From contig NJBI01000002.1 of the NCBI GenBank assembly GCA_005222975.1, positions 1 through 64,000 on the forward strand: 64,000 bases of DNA, written 5' to 3'. The stretch is from Promethearchaeota archaeon Loki_b31 (lineage in GTDB: Archaea > Asgardarchaeota > Lokiarchaeia > Sigyniarchaeales > SOKP01). The position numbers were made by a program, and so were the translations under genes. Under the pieces are notes generated by a model that saw only the letters and a program-made list of their open reading frames with translations, ran no database searches and was not told the origin of the DNA. Below, in pieces: positions 1 through 10,341 of this stretch; within the stretch, counting starts at the first letter, position 1; each line of letters begins with the position of its first letter.

Positions 1-34
1 TAGCTTTTTTAATTTCAGAAGGTTTAGCTGGCAT
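1..34 (-). CDS. 5' end of a gene running off the window (MPAKPSEIKKA...)
   Basis: ATG at 34 with an open frame to the window edge; too short to identify. Confidence 0.35.
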   Translation of the reverse strand, partial: MPAKPSEIKKA

Positions 35-277
35 TAAATAAAATAAGGATTTAACGAAGATAAATCTTTCTATTAAGCTCAAGGAGCCTATTTATTTTTG
101 TCGGGTGAGTGTTGTTTGACACTAAAGTTTTTTTTTGTCTTAATATCTCGATTTTTGATTTTTCCTAATTAAAGCTTTAAGATTATCCACTAGCTGAAGT
201 GGTAGTTAAAAAATAGGTTTCTAACTACTTTTATTTCTTTTTTATTCCTTTTTTTTAACTGCCAAGTTTCATATTTT

Positions 278-1468
278 TTACAATAAGTCTGAAGGCAAGG
301 TTTGTTCAATAAATAATCTACGAAAATGCTTCGGGGATGGTTGATTGCCAAATTTTTCAGTTATAAGCCGTTCTCCTTGGTATATTAGTACATAAGGAGC
401 CCATAAATCATCTGATATAAATTTTAATATTGCTTTAATTCCTGCATCAGGAATCACTTTAAAACTCTTTGCATATTTTATAAGTTTATCATCCGTCCAT
501 TTATGAATATATTTATTGTAAGCCATATTACTTTCAAATCTCCTGAATCCTCTTCTAAATTCGCTCTGTTCAGCTAAAGTCTCAATAGTATCTTCAATTT
601 TGGGATTGGGATGAAGTTCTTCTAATAAGATTCGTGCACTTTCAATAGGATTAAATAAAACACTTTCAGCTGTTACTCCAATCCCTTCTGACACTACCAT
701 CTCAGGTGTATAAATTAGTAGAATAGAGCTTTCAAAATAACCTTTAGCGCGATATAAAAGATTTTCTCGTACTATCCGTTCAGTATGATGTCCTGGATAC
801 CCCTCATGGCACATAATATGTAATAATTGGGTCCAGTAATAAACATTAGTAATATCAATCTCTATTCTTGAAGCATAATTTCCTAGATACCAACAATATA
901 ATGACCAACTTTGGTCTTCCACTTCAACTATTTCAACCTCTTCATTATCCGGTAGCAGATTAGGAAAAAGTTCTTTCGTTCGTGTTTGTGCTATGCGAAG
1001 CGCTTTCATAAACACGGATTTTAAACGATCTGCTGGAATAGTCCTTTGTATAGCATACCTTTTTATTCGTTCGGATAAAGTTCCTTTTCCCTTATACAAT
1101 TTATCTGCTTTTGATGCTAGATTATAAAAAAAGTTATCGTCGTATAATATCGGCTCAAAATCAAACAATTTCTCGACATGTTCTAAGTATGGAATTTTCT
1201 CGCCATTTAATGTTTTTAATGTGGTTTCAATAGCAGTAAGAGTTTTATCTAGGAATTTATAGCGCTTTTTTTCGAATCCTTGCTTTGGTAATTGAGCAAT
1301 GAGAGCTCTACAATCTTTTAGGAGTATTATAGGAGAACATTTTTCCTCCATATCCACCATTTTTTTTAATTTAGGGGGACCATAATAATGCTCAACATAG
1401 CCATCTATATGCTTGTTAGTCCTTAATCCTAAGCATAAATATTTTATGGCAAAATCATTTAACTCCAT
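278..1468 (-). CDS. DUF885-like putative metallopeptidase
   Basis: HEGYPGHH motif followed by a downstream EG motif, typical of DUF885 zincin-like proteins. Confidence 0.7.
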   Translation of the reverse strand: MELNDFAIKYLCLGLRTNKHIDGYVEHYYGPPKLKKMVDMEEKCSPIILLKDCRALIAQLPKQGFEKKRYKFLDKTLTAIETTLKTLNGEKIPYLEHVEKLFDFEPILYDDNFFYNLASKADKLYKGKGTLSERIKRYAIQRTIPADRLKSVFMKALRIAQTRTKELFPNLLPDNEEVEIVEVEDQSWSLYCWYLGNYASRIEIDITNVYYWTQLLHIMCHEGYPGHHTERIVRENLLYRAKGYFESSILLIYTPEMVVSEGIGVTAESVLFNPIESARILLEELHPNPKIEDTIETLAEQSEFRRGFRRFESNMAYNKYIHKWTDDKLIKYAKSFKVIPDAGIKAILKFISDDLWAPYVLIYQGERLITEKFGNQPSPKHFRRLFIEQTLPSDLL

Positions 1469-1533
1469 ATTAAACAGCCAGTTTTGCTATTTTCTTTCTA
1501 TCTCTTCAATTTTTCTTGATTAGCTTTAATTAG

Positions 1534-2382
1534 TTAATTAGTATTTTCTTCAAGACCTAATTGCGACACCATCATTCTTTTCAGCTCTTCTTTATTTTTA
1601 GGCAAACCAAACATATCTGCATACTTATCTGTTGTAGCCAATTCAGCTGACCTTCCTTTTTTTATTGCCGATATTAGATCGTTTTCTAAAAGGTATTTGA
1701 CGTGCTCGTAAGCCCCACTTCCTCTTAATTTAATAACAGTTGATTTTAAAATTGGCTGTTTCAGCGCTATAATCGTTAGTGTTCTTAAGTAACGCTCAGC
1801 AATAGCGCCTCCTTTGGCGAATTTAGATACTGTTTCGGTAAGTTCAGGTCTAAGCTGCATCTGGTATTTCTCTCCAATTTGAGCGACAATTAACGCGCCA
1901 GAACATTCTAAATAATCAAAAGCAACAACTCTTACTAATTCTTCAACTTCTTTTTTGGGAATTTCTAATTTAGTCGATAATTCTTCGACATCAAGGGGTC
2001 TACCTGCTGCGTAAAGGGCGCCTTCTATTAGATTTCTCCGTAGTTCTTTTAATTGTATTTTTAAATCTTCTTTCGTGATTTCTTGGGGAATTTGGGGTTC
2101 TTCACCGTCATTTCCTATAATTTCTATTTCCAGTTCACTTAATATTTCTTCTGAGTTTTCGGAACTTAATGTGTCTTCTTCAAATTCTTCTTTGGATTCT
2201 TTTTCAAGTTCTTCTTCGATATTCTCATCGGTATCAATAGTATCCTCTAATTCTTCCGGAATCTTTTCTACTTGAGAGATATCTTCTTCTATTTCACTTA
2301 TATGTATTTCTTCCTTCTCTTCAACTATTTCAGTTTCAATTTCAGGTAGTTTTTCCAGTTCTTTTTCCCTATTTTCGTTCAT
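1534..2382 (-). CDS. scpB: SMC-Scp complex subunit ScpB with long acidic N-terminal extension
   Basis: IEGALYAAGRPL, YQMQLRP, LRTLTIIALKQPI...LRG and TTDKYADMFGL ScpB motifs; follows smc and scpA. Confidence 0.9.
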   Translation of the reverse strand: MNENREKELEKLPEIETEIVEEKEEIHISEIEEDISQVEKIPEELEDTIDTDENIEEELEKESKEEFEEDTLSSENSEEILSELEIEIIGNDGEEPQIPQEITKEDLKIQLKELRRNLIEGALYAAGRPLDVEELSTKLEIPKKEVEELVRVVAFDYLECSGALIVAQIGEKYQMQLRPELTETVSKFAKGGAIAERYLRTLTIIALKQPILKSTVIKLRGSGAYEHVKYLLENDLISAIKKGRSAELATTDKYADMFGLPKNKEELKRMMVSQLGLEENTN

Positions 2383-2411
2383 AATTTATCACCAAAATTA
2401 TTTTGTCAAAA

Positions 2412-3419
2412 TTATTTTTTTAAGTTAATCGAAATATTTTTAAAAACGTCTTCTTGTGATAACGTTAGCTTATTGCCCGTAGACAGGAACATAAGCGCCA
2501 AAAACATTCTTACAAAAGCAAACTTTTTACCAAGGTCGCTTTCTTCTTCAGTATTAATAATTTTTGCTATTTCAAAAAAAGTCGTTTCTTTACCGTCAAG
2601 TTGTATTTTCGATTTAATGCGGTTAAACCAAGAATTGTGCAGTTCTGCTACCGTTTGTTCTTTTCCACTAATATGTTTCAAAAGTTCTTTTGGTAATTGA
2701 GCTTTTGATTTCGTTTGAATTCTTTGTTGTTTTATTTCGTCCCTCCGCATTCTCCGCCGTTTTAATTTTTCTTTCTTTTGCATAGTTTCGATTATGGCAG
2801 ACCTCATCGCGTCAAATAATTCATCTTTAGTGGAGATCAGCATTTTTGGCTGGATGGGTTGCGGTAATGCCTTTGGAATTGTTCGAGAATGTTTTTCCCG
2901 GAATTTCTCTAATTCTTCTTTTTTTTGAATTTGTTCTTCTTCTCTTATAATACTCGAAATTTTATAATGATGAAGTACTGCTGATGTTTTGAGAGCAATA
3001 CCTGAAATCTTATAATTGATTAAATCTTCGTGTAGCATTTTATCGAAAAATTTATCTACCAACGATGCCAAATCATAGAACGCAACATTTGATTCTTTTG
3101 CGATTTCACTATCTAATAGCGAATTATAGGGGGGTTTTTGCCAAAATTTAAAATCAAATTTTTGTTTATGAATCAGTGCAGGATCTTCTTCTTCGCCAGC
3201 AATTAACTCTTCTTCAATTATTTCTTCCACATCTTCCTGTTCTTGAGTTCTATCTACAAATTCTGGATGAGAAGTTATCTCGCTTAAAAACTTTATAATA
3301 TCGTTCTTTTTGGACTTAGAAGGGATTTTAATCTTATTTTTGCTCGCAAATTCTCTTAATTGCTTAACACTCCATTCCGTGAAGGCGTACTTCTTTTCTA
3401 AGGCATTTTTTTCAGGAAT
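2412..3419 (-). CDS. scpA: Kleisin ScpA with N-terminal HeH/Rho_N-like extension (probable ATT start; ORF track starts at 3230)
   Basis: N-terminal kleisin helices (ISGIALKTSAVLHHYK) and C-terminal FLALMFL...QEDVF; frame stays open upstream of 3230 to ATT at 3419 behind AGGTG. Confidence 0.8.
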   Translation of the reverse strand: MPEKNALEKKYAFTEWSVKQLREFASKNKIKIPSKSKKNDIIKFLSEITSHPEFVDRTQEQEDVEEIIEEELIAGEEEDPALIHKQKFDFKFWQKPPYNSLLDSEIAKESNVAFYDLASLVDKFFDKMLHEDLINYKISGIALKTSAVLHHYKISSIIREEEQIQKKEELEKFREKHSRTIPKALPQPIQPKMLISTKDELFDAMRSAIIETMQKKEKLKRRRMRRDEIKQQRIQTKSKAQLPKELLKHISGKEQTVAELHNSWFNRIKSKIQLDGKETTFFEIAKIINTEEESDLGKKFAFVRMFLALMFLSTGNKLTLSQEDVFKNISINLKK

Positions 3420-3451
3420 AATATTACACCTAAAACTTTTGATTGTTAATT

Positions 3452-6400
3452 TTAATTTTCTTCTACATTTGTGGGCACATCTGGAAGTTCAAGTAACCTC
3501 TTGGCTTCTTCTTCCAAGTCTACGCTAAAGATATCGGTTATTCCACTTTGTGGCATGGAAACGCCATAAATTCGATCAGCATTTACAATATTTTCCTCTC
3601 TATGACTGATTACCATAAATTGTGCTTGTCTCGCAAATTCCTTTATAACCACACTGACTCTATGCACATTTGGGCCGTCTAAAGCGGCGTCAATCTCATC
3701 CATGATGTAAAATGGAGCAGGATAAAATTCTTGAACGGCAAATATAAAGGATAACGCAACCAAAGTTTTTTCACCCCCACTAAGGATCTGCAAACTAGAG
3801 ATACGTTTTCCACGAGGTCGAGCTTCAATAGTAACACCTCCCTCAAACGGTTTATCTGGCCGATCAAGAATCATTTTAGCTGATCCCCCAGGCGAAAGTT
3901 TCTGGAAAATGCGTGAAAACTCTCGGTTTATCTCGTGGTATGCTTTCATGAAGGTTCTAGTCTTCTCCAATTCAATCTTATCAATTGCATCAAGTATAGC
4001 TTTCCTCTCGCGTTGAATCGTCTGTCGCCTCATATCAATTTCGTCGAATCGCTCTTTTACAGTATCATATTGAGTAATTGCCTTTAAATTAACGGGTTCT
4101 ATTGCTTTTTTCTTGCTATTGGTAGTTGAAATATCCGATTGCAAACCAGCTTCAGATAAGTCGTCAGTAACTGGGGGTAATGAGCCATAATCTTTAGATC
4201 GTTGATATAACATTTCAATTTGATCCGTGGTGATAATTTTTTTAGATTCGTAATTATTCAATTTAGAACGTTCCATAGAGTGGTCTGATTTAAGTTCATT
4301 CAATTGATTATGATAATTTTTTTGTTTTTTCCAAGATATATCCTTTCCTTGAATTTCTTTGTTTATCTCTTCTTGCTTGAGGCTCTTTTTATCGTTTTCC
4401 TGGTTTAGGTCGTCTTTAACATTTTCAATATCTTTTAATATAGAATCAACTTGTTTTTCGGCATCTTTAATATCTTCGTGTAAGGATATGATTTTTTGTT
4501 CTCTTTCCTTATTTTTGTTTAATTCGTTTAATTTAGCTTGAGATTTGTGAAGATCTTTGTTATATTTATTTAATTTTTTTTGAGCTCTCTTTTGGGCGTC
4601 TAACTCTTTGTTTTTATCCTCATGCATTGAATTTATTATTTGTTGTACCTCGTCAACTTTCTTTTGTACTCCATCTACCTGAGAGTTAAGCCCTTCTGTC
4701 TCTTGATTACAAATTGTAATTCTTTTGCTTGCTTCAACATTTTCCTTGGATAATTCTTCAATTGAATTTATAATCATCATTACATTTTCAAGACCCCTTA
4801 ACTTATCCATGGTCGTTTCTAAATTCTTGTTCTGTTCATCAATTTGTGTTCTTAACTTTTCAGTACTTTCCCAAAAGTTGTCTTTTTCAGAAAGACGGGC
4901 TTTTATTTTTGAAATTATTGCATCTTGCTCTAGCTTAAGATTCTTTATATTTTCTTCAGTATTGATTATAACATTTTTCTTCTCTTCTATATTACTATTT
5001 AATTCTTTTATATTACTTTCAATTTCAATAATATTGTCGTAAAACGATTGAATACCTTGTAGTTCTTGTAGTTTCTTTTGCAGCCCACCTAATTCTATTT
5101 GTTTGCCTTCAATATTTTTTTTAATTATCGAAATATCGTCCCAATACATGTTTTTTAACTGCTTTAAATTTTTAATCTCAGCCTCAAAATTTTCTTTTTG
5201 CTTCTCTTCTATTACCAAGTTCCTCTGCTCAATTTCATCCCCAGATTTCTTAATTTTTTCATTAATTTCGCTAATTCTTTTATTAACATCTTCTAGTCTT
5301 TTATTACAAGCAGTAAGATCTACTGAATCGTGGTTGTTTTGAGTGCTAATCACGCTTAATTTTTTGTCAATAGTATTTAAGTCGTTATTTTGAGAATGAA
5401 AATTTTCAGTGATTTCTTCGAGTTGTTTATATAAATCTTGGCTTTTCGACATAGTTAACTTTCTTAACGAAAGATATACATTTTCAAGGATCTCCATTAA
5501 ATCTTGTACAAAGCTATCAAAGGTTGAGGTAGATTCTTGTATCTCCACATCTGCTGATTCTTTTACCTTATCTATTAATTGATCTATGGTAGAATCAATG
5601 TTATCAGTAAAGAGTGCTAAAGTTTGAAGGATAGATTTAAGAGTTTCAGACATTTCAGAAGCATCAGATCTTTCTTCAGCTTCAGAGCTAACTCCTTCAA
5701 TAGTTTTCATAATGTCAACTATGTCTAAAACAAATTGTTTAAAATTCGTTCCACTGGTTTCGATAGCTTCTGCGTTTGATTGTTGAATGTTACCCTTTAT
5801 TGATTCAACGGATATATTGATGTTTTGAGTTAACATATTTAAAATCTGAAGGATTCCTGTAATATCTTCTGTGTTTCTTTCGTATTCTTCTTCTGTACTT
5901 TCAATCTTCACCAATAAACTATCTTTTTCGGTTGAAAGTTCCCCCAGGCGTCTTTGAATATTTTCTTTTTTCTTATTCAAATTTTGTGATTCTTTGTCTG
6001 TTTTAGTAAGGTTACCGCTTAAAGTAAACGATTTTAAATCCAATTCACGCTTTTCGCGTTCAAGATTTGTAAGTTCTTTTTTAATTAATTTTAATCTAGT
6101 ATTGATATTTTCAATCCTAGATTTGTTATCATAGATTTCATTTACGATAGAATCTTGTTTCATTAACAATAATTCTAAATTTTGTTCATTTTTTCTATAA
6201 GTAGAATCTTCTTCTTTAGTTTGTCTTCTAAACTCGTTAATATCTTTAAGCAAAGTATCTCTTTTTTTCAACAATTCTTTTAAAACTTCTTCTGTATCTT
6301 TTCCTTTATTAAGGTCTTTAATTTTATTTTCAGTAGCAACTTTTCTCAATTTTAATTTCTCAATACGGTCACTATTCATTTTAATTTCCGTATTCAATGA

Positions 6401-7909
6401 GGATAGCATAGAGTTGAAATCGGCTATTTTCGAATTTAATTGGCTCTTTTCATCTCGTAATTCATTTATATCTTTTTCTAATTCTTTCTGGTTATCGTTT
6501 TCCTTAGAAATTTTTACATTTAAGTTAACTACTTCTTTTCTTATAATTTCCGCTTCCTTTTTTGTGTTTTTTATCGCTTCCTCTACACTCTCAGAATCTC
6601 CTTTCAATTTATTAAGTTCTGCTTTCAACTTTATTTTCTTCTCTTCATTTTTTTTAATGTTTTCTTTTAGAAACTTTAATTTGGCTTTAGTTGAGGAAAT
6701 GCTCTGCTTAATCGTTGAAATTTCTCGATTAAGTGTAGATTTTGTGTTGTTATTATTTTTGATTTTAGTATCAATTTCTGCTTGTTTTTGTTGTTTACTT
6801 TCGATTTCGTCTTTAGCCTCTTCAATCAAGTTATCTGTTTCCTTTATTACCTTTGATTCTGACTCTATTAAAGAATCGTAAGTCTGACCCTCTTCAAGTT
6901 CCATTTGTAAATTTTCTAACGTTTTTATCTCTTGAGTTAGTTTTTCTATTGATTTTTTAAAATTTTTTAAAGAAGTTTGATTCGAAGATTGTTGGGTTTT
7001 TAATAGAGTAATATTTTCGGTAATGACTTCTCTTTCATTTTCTTTCTCAGATATAGTTTTTTGTATGTTTTCCATAACTAGGGTTTCTTGTTGTAGCAAC
7101 TCTTCTTGTCTTGTTAATTTTTCCTGCAATTCTTCAATAATAGAATTAGATTCCTCTATTTTAACCTCCAATTCGTCCTCTTCTTTCCTCAATTTTGAAA
7201 TCTTTAAAGCGATCAATTGAGCATTGTAATACGAAACCTTTTCATCTAGTTCCTTCCAAGCTAAAGCATCGTTTTTTTCTTTTTCAACCTTTTTAAGTTG
7301 AGAAGACACTTCTTTAAAAATTGCTTCAAATTGTCCTAAATCGCGCTCGGCTTTTTCTAACTCTTTCATCGTTGCGTCCTTCATTTCGTCGTACTTTTGA
7401 AGGCCAATTAGATTTTCAATGAATAGTCTACGACCCTCTTCGTTCATATGAGTCAATTCCACGATTTTTCCTTGCAAAACAAATTGGTTGCTGCCATCAG
7501 GATCTACATTAGCTACAGCTAAAGCGTTAAGAATTTGTTGACGGGTAGCTTTTTTCCCATTCATTTTATAGCCGCCACCACCCCCTCTTTGTATAGTTCG
7601 ACTAATTTCAAAAGTATTAGTTCCGCCTGGAAATATTTTTTCGGAATTATCAAAATATAGAGACACTGTGGCTCTATTTGAAGGGTTTTTACCTCGAGAA
7701 CCAGCAAAAATTAAATCTTCAAGACTTTTAGCTCTCATAGTTTTCTTGCTTAATCTACCTAAAGCAAAAGTTAATGCATCAATAATATTGGATTTACCGG
7801 CCCCATTAGGCCCTACGATGCATGTAAAACCTGAAGAGAGCCTTATAGTTACCGTACGATCTCCGAAGGATTTAAATCCTGTCATCGAAATTTTTTTAAT
7901 ATAGGTCAA
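3452..7909 (-). CDS. smc: Chromosome segregation protein SMC (1485 aa, non-canonical hinge)
   Basis: GFKSF, Walker A GPNGAGKS, Q-loop VLQG, signature LSGGEK, Walker B FYIMDEIDAALD, long coiled coils; operon with scpA and scpB. Confidence 0.93.
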   Translation of the reverse strand: MTYIKKISMTGFKSFGDRTVTIRLSSGFTCIVGPNGAGKSNIIDALTFALGRLSKKTMRAKSLEDLIFAGSRGKNPSNRATVSLYFDNSEKIFPGGTNTFEISRTIQRGGGGGYKMNGKKATRQQILNALAVANVDPDGSNQFVLQGKIVELTHMNEEGRRLFIENLIGLQKYDEMKDATMKELEKAERDLGQFEAIFKEVSSQLKKVEKEKNDALAWKELDEKVSYYNAQLIALKISKLRKEEDELEVKIEESNSIIEELQEKLTRQEELLQQETLVMENIQKTISEKENEREVITENITLLKTQQSSNQTSLKNFKKSIEKLTQEIKTLENLQMELEEGQTYDSLIESESKVIKETDNLIEEAKDEIESKQQKQAEIDTKIKNNNNTKSTLNREISTIKQSISSTKAKLKFLKENIKKNEEKKIKLKAELNKLKGDSESVEEAIKNTKKEAEIIRKEVVNLNVKISKENDNQKELEKDINELRDEKSQLNSKIADFNSMLSSLNTEIKMNSDRIEKLKLRKVATENKIKDLNKGKDTEEVLKELLKKRDTLLKDINEFRRQTKEEDSTYRKNEQNLELLLMKQDSIVNEIYDNKSRIENINTRLKLIKKELTNLEREKRELDLKSFTLSGNLTKTDKESQNLNKKKENIQRRLGELSTEKDSLLVKIESTEEEYERNTEDITGILQILNMLTQNINISVESIKGNIQQSNAEAIETSGTNFKQFVLDIVDIMKTIEGVSSEAEERSDASEMSETLKSILQTLALFTDNIDSTIDQLIDKVKESADVEIQESTSTFDSFVQDLMEILENVYLSLRKLTMSKSQDLYKQLEEITENFHSQNNDLNTIDKKLSVISTQNNHDSVDLTACNKRLEDVNKRISEINEKIKKSGDEIEQRNLVIEEKQKENFEAEIKNLKQLKNMYWDDISIIKKNIEGKQIELGGLQKKLQELQGIQSFYDNIIEIESNIKELNSNIEEKKNVIINTEENIKNLKLEQDAIISKIKARLSEKDNFWESTEKLRTQIDEQNKNLETTMDKLRGLENVMMIINSIEELSKENVEASKRITICNQETEGLNSQVDGVQKKVDEVQQIINSMHEDKNKELDAQKRAQKKLNKYNKDLHKSQAKLNELNKNKEREQKIISLHEDIKDAEKQVDSILKDIENVKDDLNQENDKKSLKQEEINKEIQGKDISWKKQKNYHNQLNELKSDHSMERSKLNNYESKKIITTDQIEMLYQRSKDYGSLPPVTDDLSEAGLQSDISTTNSKKKAIEPVNLKAITQYDTVKERFDEIDMRRQTIQRERKAILDAIDKIELEKTRTFMKAYHEINREFSRIFQKLSPGGSAKMILDRPDKPFEGGVTIEARPRGKRISSLQILSGGEKTLVALSFIFAVQEFYPAPFYIMDEIDAALDGPNVHRVSVVIKEFARQAQFMVISHREENIVNADRIYGVSMPQSGITDIFSVDLEEEAKRLLELPDVPTNVEEN

Positions 7910-8059
7910 ATTAAAACTGCCATTTCTTTATATTTTTTTTAAAATTAAAGAATACATTCGTATATTTATATACTAATACTCAGTATTTAAAAAAATAAGG
8001 TTGTGGTTTTTTATTTTGCTACATTTTTGAAAAATCTAGAGTTAAGAGCATAATTGATA

Positions 8060-9259
8060 TTAAAAAAGAAAATTGTGTTTATTAAAAATTGCGTCTAAAA
8101 TGCTTTTTAATTGCCGTGGATTTATCACCATGAAATAAAAATTGTAGTTTAATATGTTATCGGAAAAATTTCTATAATCGTTTAGGTTATTTTTTTTAGA
8201 GGCGTTTAAAATTCCAATGTTTCTAAGTGTCGTAATCAAATTTTTAAATTCTTCCATATCTTTTTCGTAATCAATTGATTCACACGAAACAAGATAAAGA
8301 TCTTTTAATTCCTTTATAGTTATGTAAAGATTTGAGTTTTTTAAGAAATGGTTCGATAAATTGTCTAAAAAGATTATTGTTAATAATTCTGCTTCAGAAA
8401 TATAAGAAAGCATGCTAAACTCGTCTGTAGCTTGAAGCGAAACGAACTGATTTCGAAGGATTTCAGAGATTTCTAGATTGTTTAAACTACCTTGCTGATT
8501 TAATACGGGATAAACCTCCCGTAATATTTCGATCCCTTTTCCTGGAACTGGCACATAATGCTCGAAAATTAAATCGGTTATAAATTCTACTAATTCTTTG
8601 TCAACTTCATGTAAAAAAGTTAAGGAGACTCTTTGTTTTAGAATGTCGAAAAGTTCCTTATATGAAAAATAATTTAATTTCTTCTTTAAGTCAAATTCAC
8701 TTATGAGATCTAATGTTGAGGGTTTTAAAGCCTGATTTACGGTAGCTAGAAAGCTAACGCTCGTATCTTTACCGTATTGTAAGAATTTTTTGAAGATTTC
8801 TGGCTCCAAATGCTCGATATTGTTAAAAATGAATACAAGGTTGTGATCAACTTTTCTACACGTTAGTTTAAATAGATTCCATAAATTTGATATATTCGAA
8901 TTTATAATGCTTTTAAAATTAAAATTAGTATTTTGATTTTGACCAATTTTAGTTAGTAAAGAAATAATAATTTCCTCTAGATTTTTTTCCCTACAATCAA
9001 CTTGGATGTTTAAAAATTCGGTGTTCAAGTTTGATAAATCTCTAATAACTTTATTTATAATAACTTGCTTTCCAATTCCTTGGATTCCTTGATATATGAT
9101 AGATAAACTAAAATCATCTGAAAATGAATCTTTTAGAATTGAAAATAGAGATTTCTCTTCTCTATTGCGATACAATATTTTGGGTGGGACATATTGTGCG
9201 TCAAATAAAGCTCGAGGACCTACATAACTACTATTATTAACCTTTGGTGTTGATATCAT
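8060..9259 (-). CDS. Divergent Orc1/Cdc6-like AAA+ protein (degenerate Walker motifs)
   Basis: FDAQYVPPKILYRNRE start, GIQGIGKQ P-loop, YSYKELFDILKQR, C-terminal wH-like region. Confidence 0.7.
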   Translation of the reverse strand: MISTPKVNNSSYVGPRALFDAQYVPPKILYRNREEKSLFSILKDSFSDDFSLSIIYQGIQGIGKQVIINKVIRDLSNLNTEFLNIQVDCREKNLEEIIISLLTKIGQNQNTNFNFKSIINSNISNLWNLFKLTCRKVDHNLVFIFNNIEHLEPEIFKKFLQYGKDTSVSFLATVNQALKPSTLDLISEFDLKKKLNYFSYKELFDILKQRVSLTFLHEVDKELVEFITDLIFEHYVPVPGKGIEILREVYPVLNQQGSLNNLEISEILRNQFVSLQATDEFSMLSYISEAELLTIIFLDNLSNHFLKNSNLYITIKELKDLYLVSCESIDYEKDMEEFKNLITTLRNIGILNASKKNNLNDYRNFSDNILNYNFYFMVINPRQLKSILDAIFNKHNFLF

Positions 9260-9421
9260 TTTTTTTTTTATTTTTTATTATTATTTTAAATTTTCATATA
9301 TAAACCCCTCGGGGGGATAGGTCATTGGAACTAAAAGTTTTTTAAAAATTAAAATATAAAACCAGTTATCCAATTAGAAAAAAAATTAGAACCCAAATTT
9401 AAAAATTTGATTCTTAATTTC

Positions 9422-10237
9422 TTACATCTTAACTTTTCTTACTTTTAATGAGTTCTTATCAATAATCTCCTTAAATCGCAATTTTCGAAGCTTTTTTGGA
9501 AAGTCTAAATTAATCTCATCATATACAAATCCATTGGAATCAATAGGACCTTCAACTACTCTTAACTTAGAAGGCGAAATATAATTTTTCACAAACGAAA
9601 TTATTTTACTTTGTCCAGGAAATTTTCTTTTTAATAAACTTCCATAGGTATTACAAGCTACTACAGGAATTCGATTTTCAAGCGCTCGCGCTTTTAAATA
9701 TATTTCCCAGTTTTTGATTCCCTCCGCTCTGATTTGTGTAGGGGAGAATAATATCTCCGCTCCATTTTCGGTTGCTAAACGAGGCGTTTCGAAAAAAGCA
9801 ATGTCAAAACAAATAAGAATTGCAAACTTCGATTCACCTAATTTAAAAATATTTAACACCCGTCCCGGTTCGAATTGCCCCTGTTCATATGAATAGAGAT
9901 GGATTTTATCTTGCCTTCCTATTTCTTCACCTTTTTTATTGAAATAGTAGCATGTTATAAATGGTTTTTTTTGATTATTCCTTTTTTCCCAAATTGCTCC
10001 AGATAAAAAGGAAATTTCATATTTATTTGCCAAATCTTTAATAAACTCATAATTTTCACCTCTTTCTTCTTGAATATTTAGAGGAATATCATTGAAAAAG
10101 GGAGTCCATCTTTCTGGTAAACAAATAATATCACAATTATTAAATTCATCTAATAAATTTTTCAATAGATATTCGATTTCAGAATAACATTTTTCGATAT
10201 CTTTATGAAATTTTGGTTGAATACATGCAACTTTCAT
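9422..10237 (-). CDS. Carbon-nitrogen hydrolase (nitrilase family), chimeric intact copy
   Basis: Catalytic triad motifs LPE, KIHL, ICFD; RALEN. Confidence 0.9.
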   Translation of the reverse strand: MKVACIQPKFHKDIEKCYSEIEYLLKNLLDEFNNCDIICLPERWTPFFNDIPLNIQEERGENYEFIKDLANKYEISFLSGAIWEKRNNQKKPFITCYYFNKKGEEIGRQDKIHLYSYEQGQFEPGRVLNIFKLGESKFAILICFDIAFFETPRLATENGAEILFSPTQIRAEGIKNWEIYLKARALENRIPVVACNTYGSLLKRKFPGQSKIISFVKNYISPSKLRVVEGPIDSNGFVYDEINLDFPKKLRKLRFKEIIDKNSLKVRKVKM

Positions 10238-10341
10238 TTTTTTTCTTATATTTTATAGTAGTATAATCATAAAAATATATAATTAAAAATACGATAAAAA
10301 GAATTTAAACTTTAACTGGTAAGAAAACCTAATTAAAATCT

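Noticed and set aside
187-228. Two small hairpins downstream of the DUF885-like gene
   Set aside because: Short and AT-rich; no box motifs; cannot be distinguished from chance or a terminator
9260-9421. Replication origin next to the cdc6-like gene
   Set aside because: Only one CCCCTCGGGG palindrome beside a TATA-like box; no repeated ORB consensus
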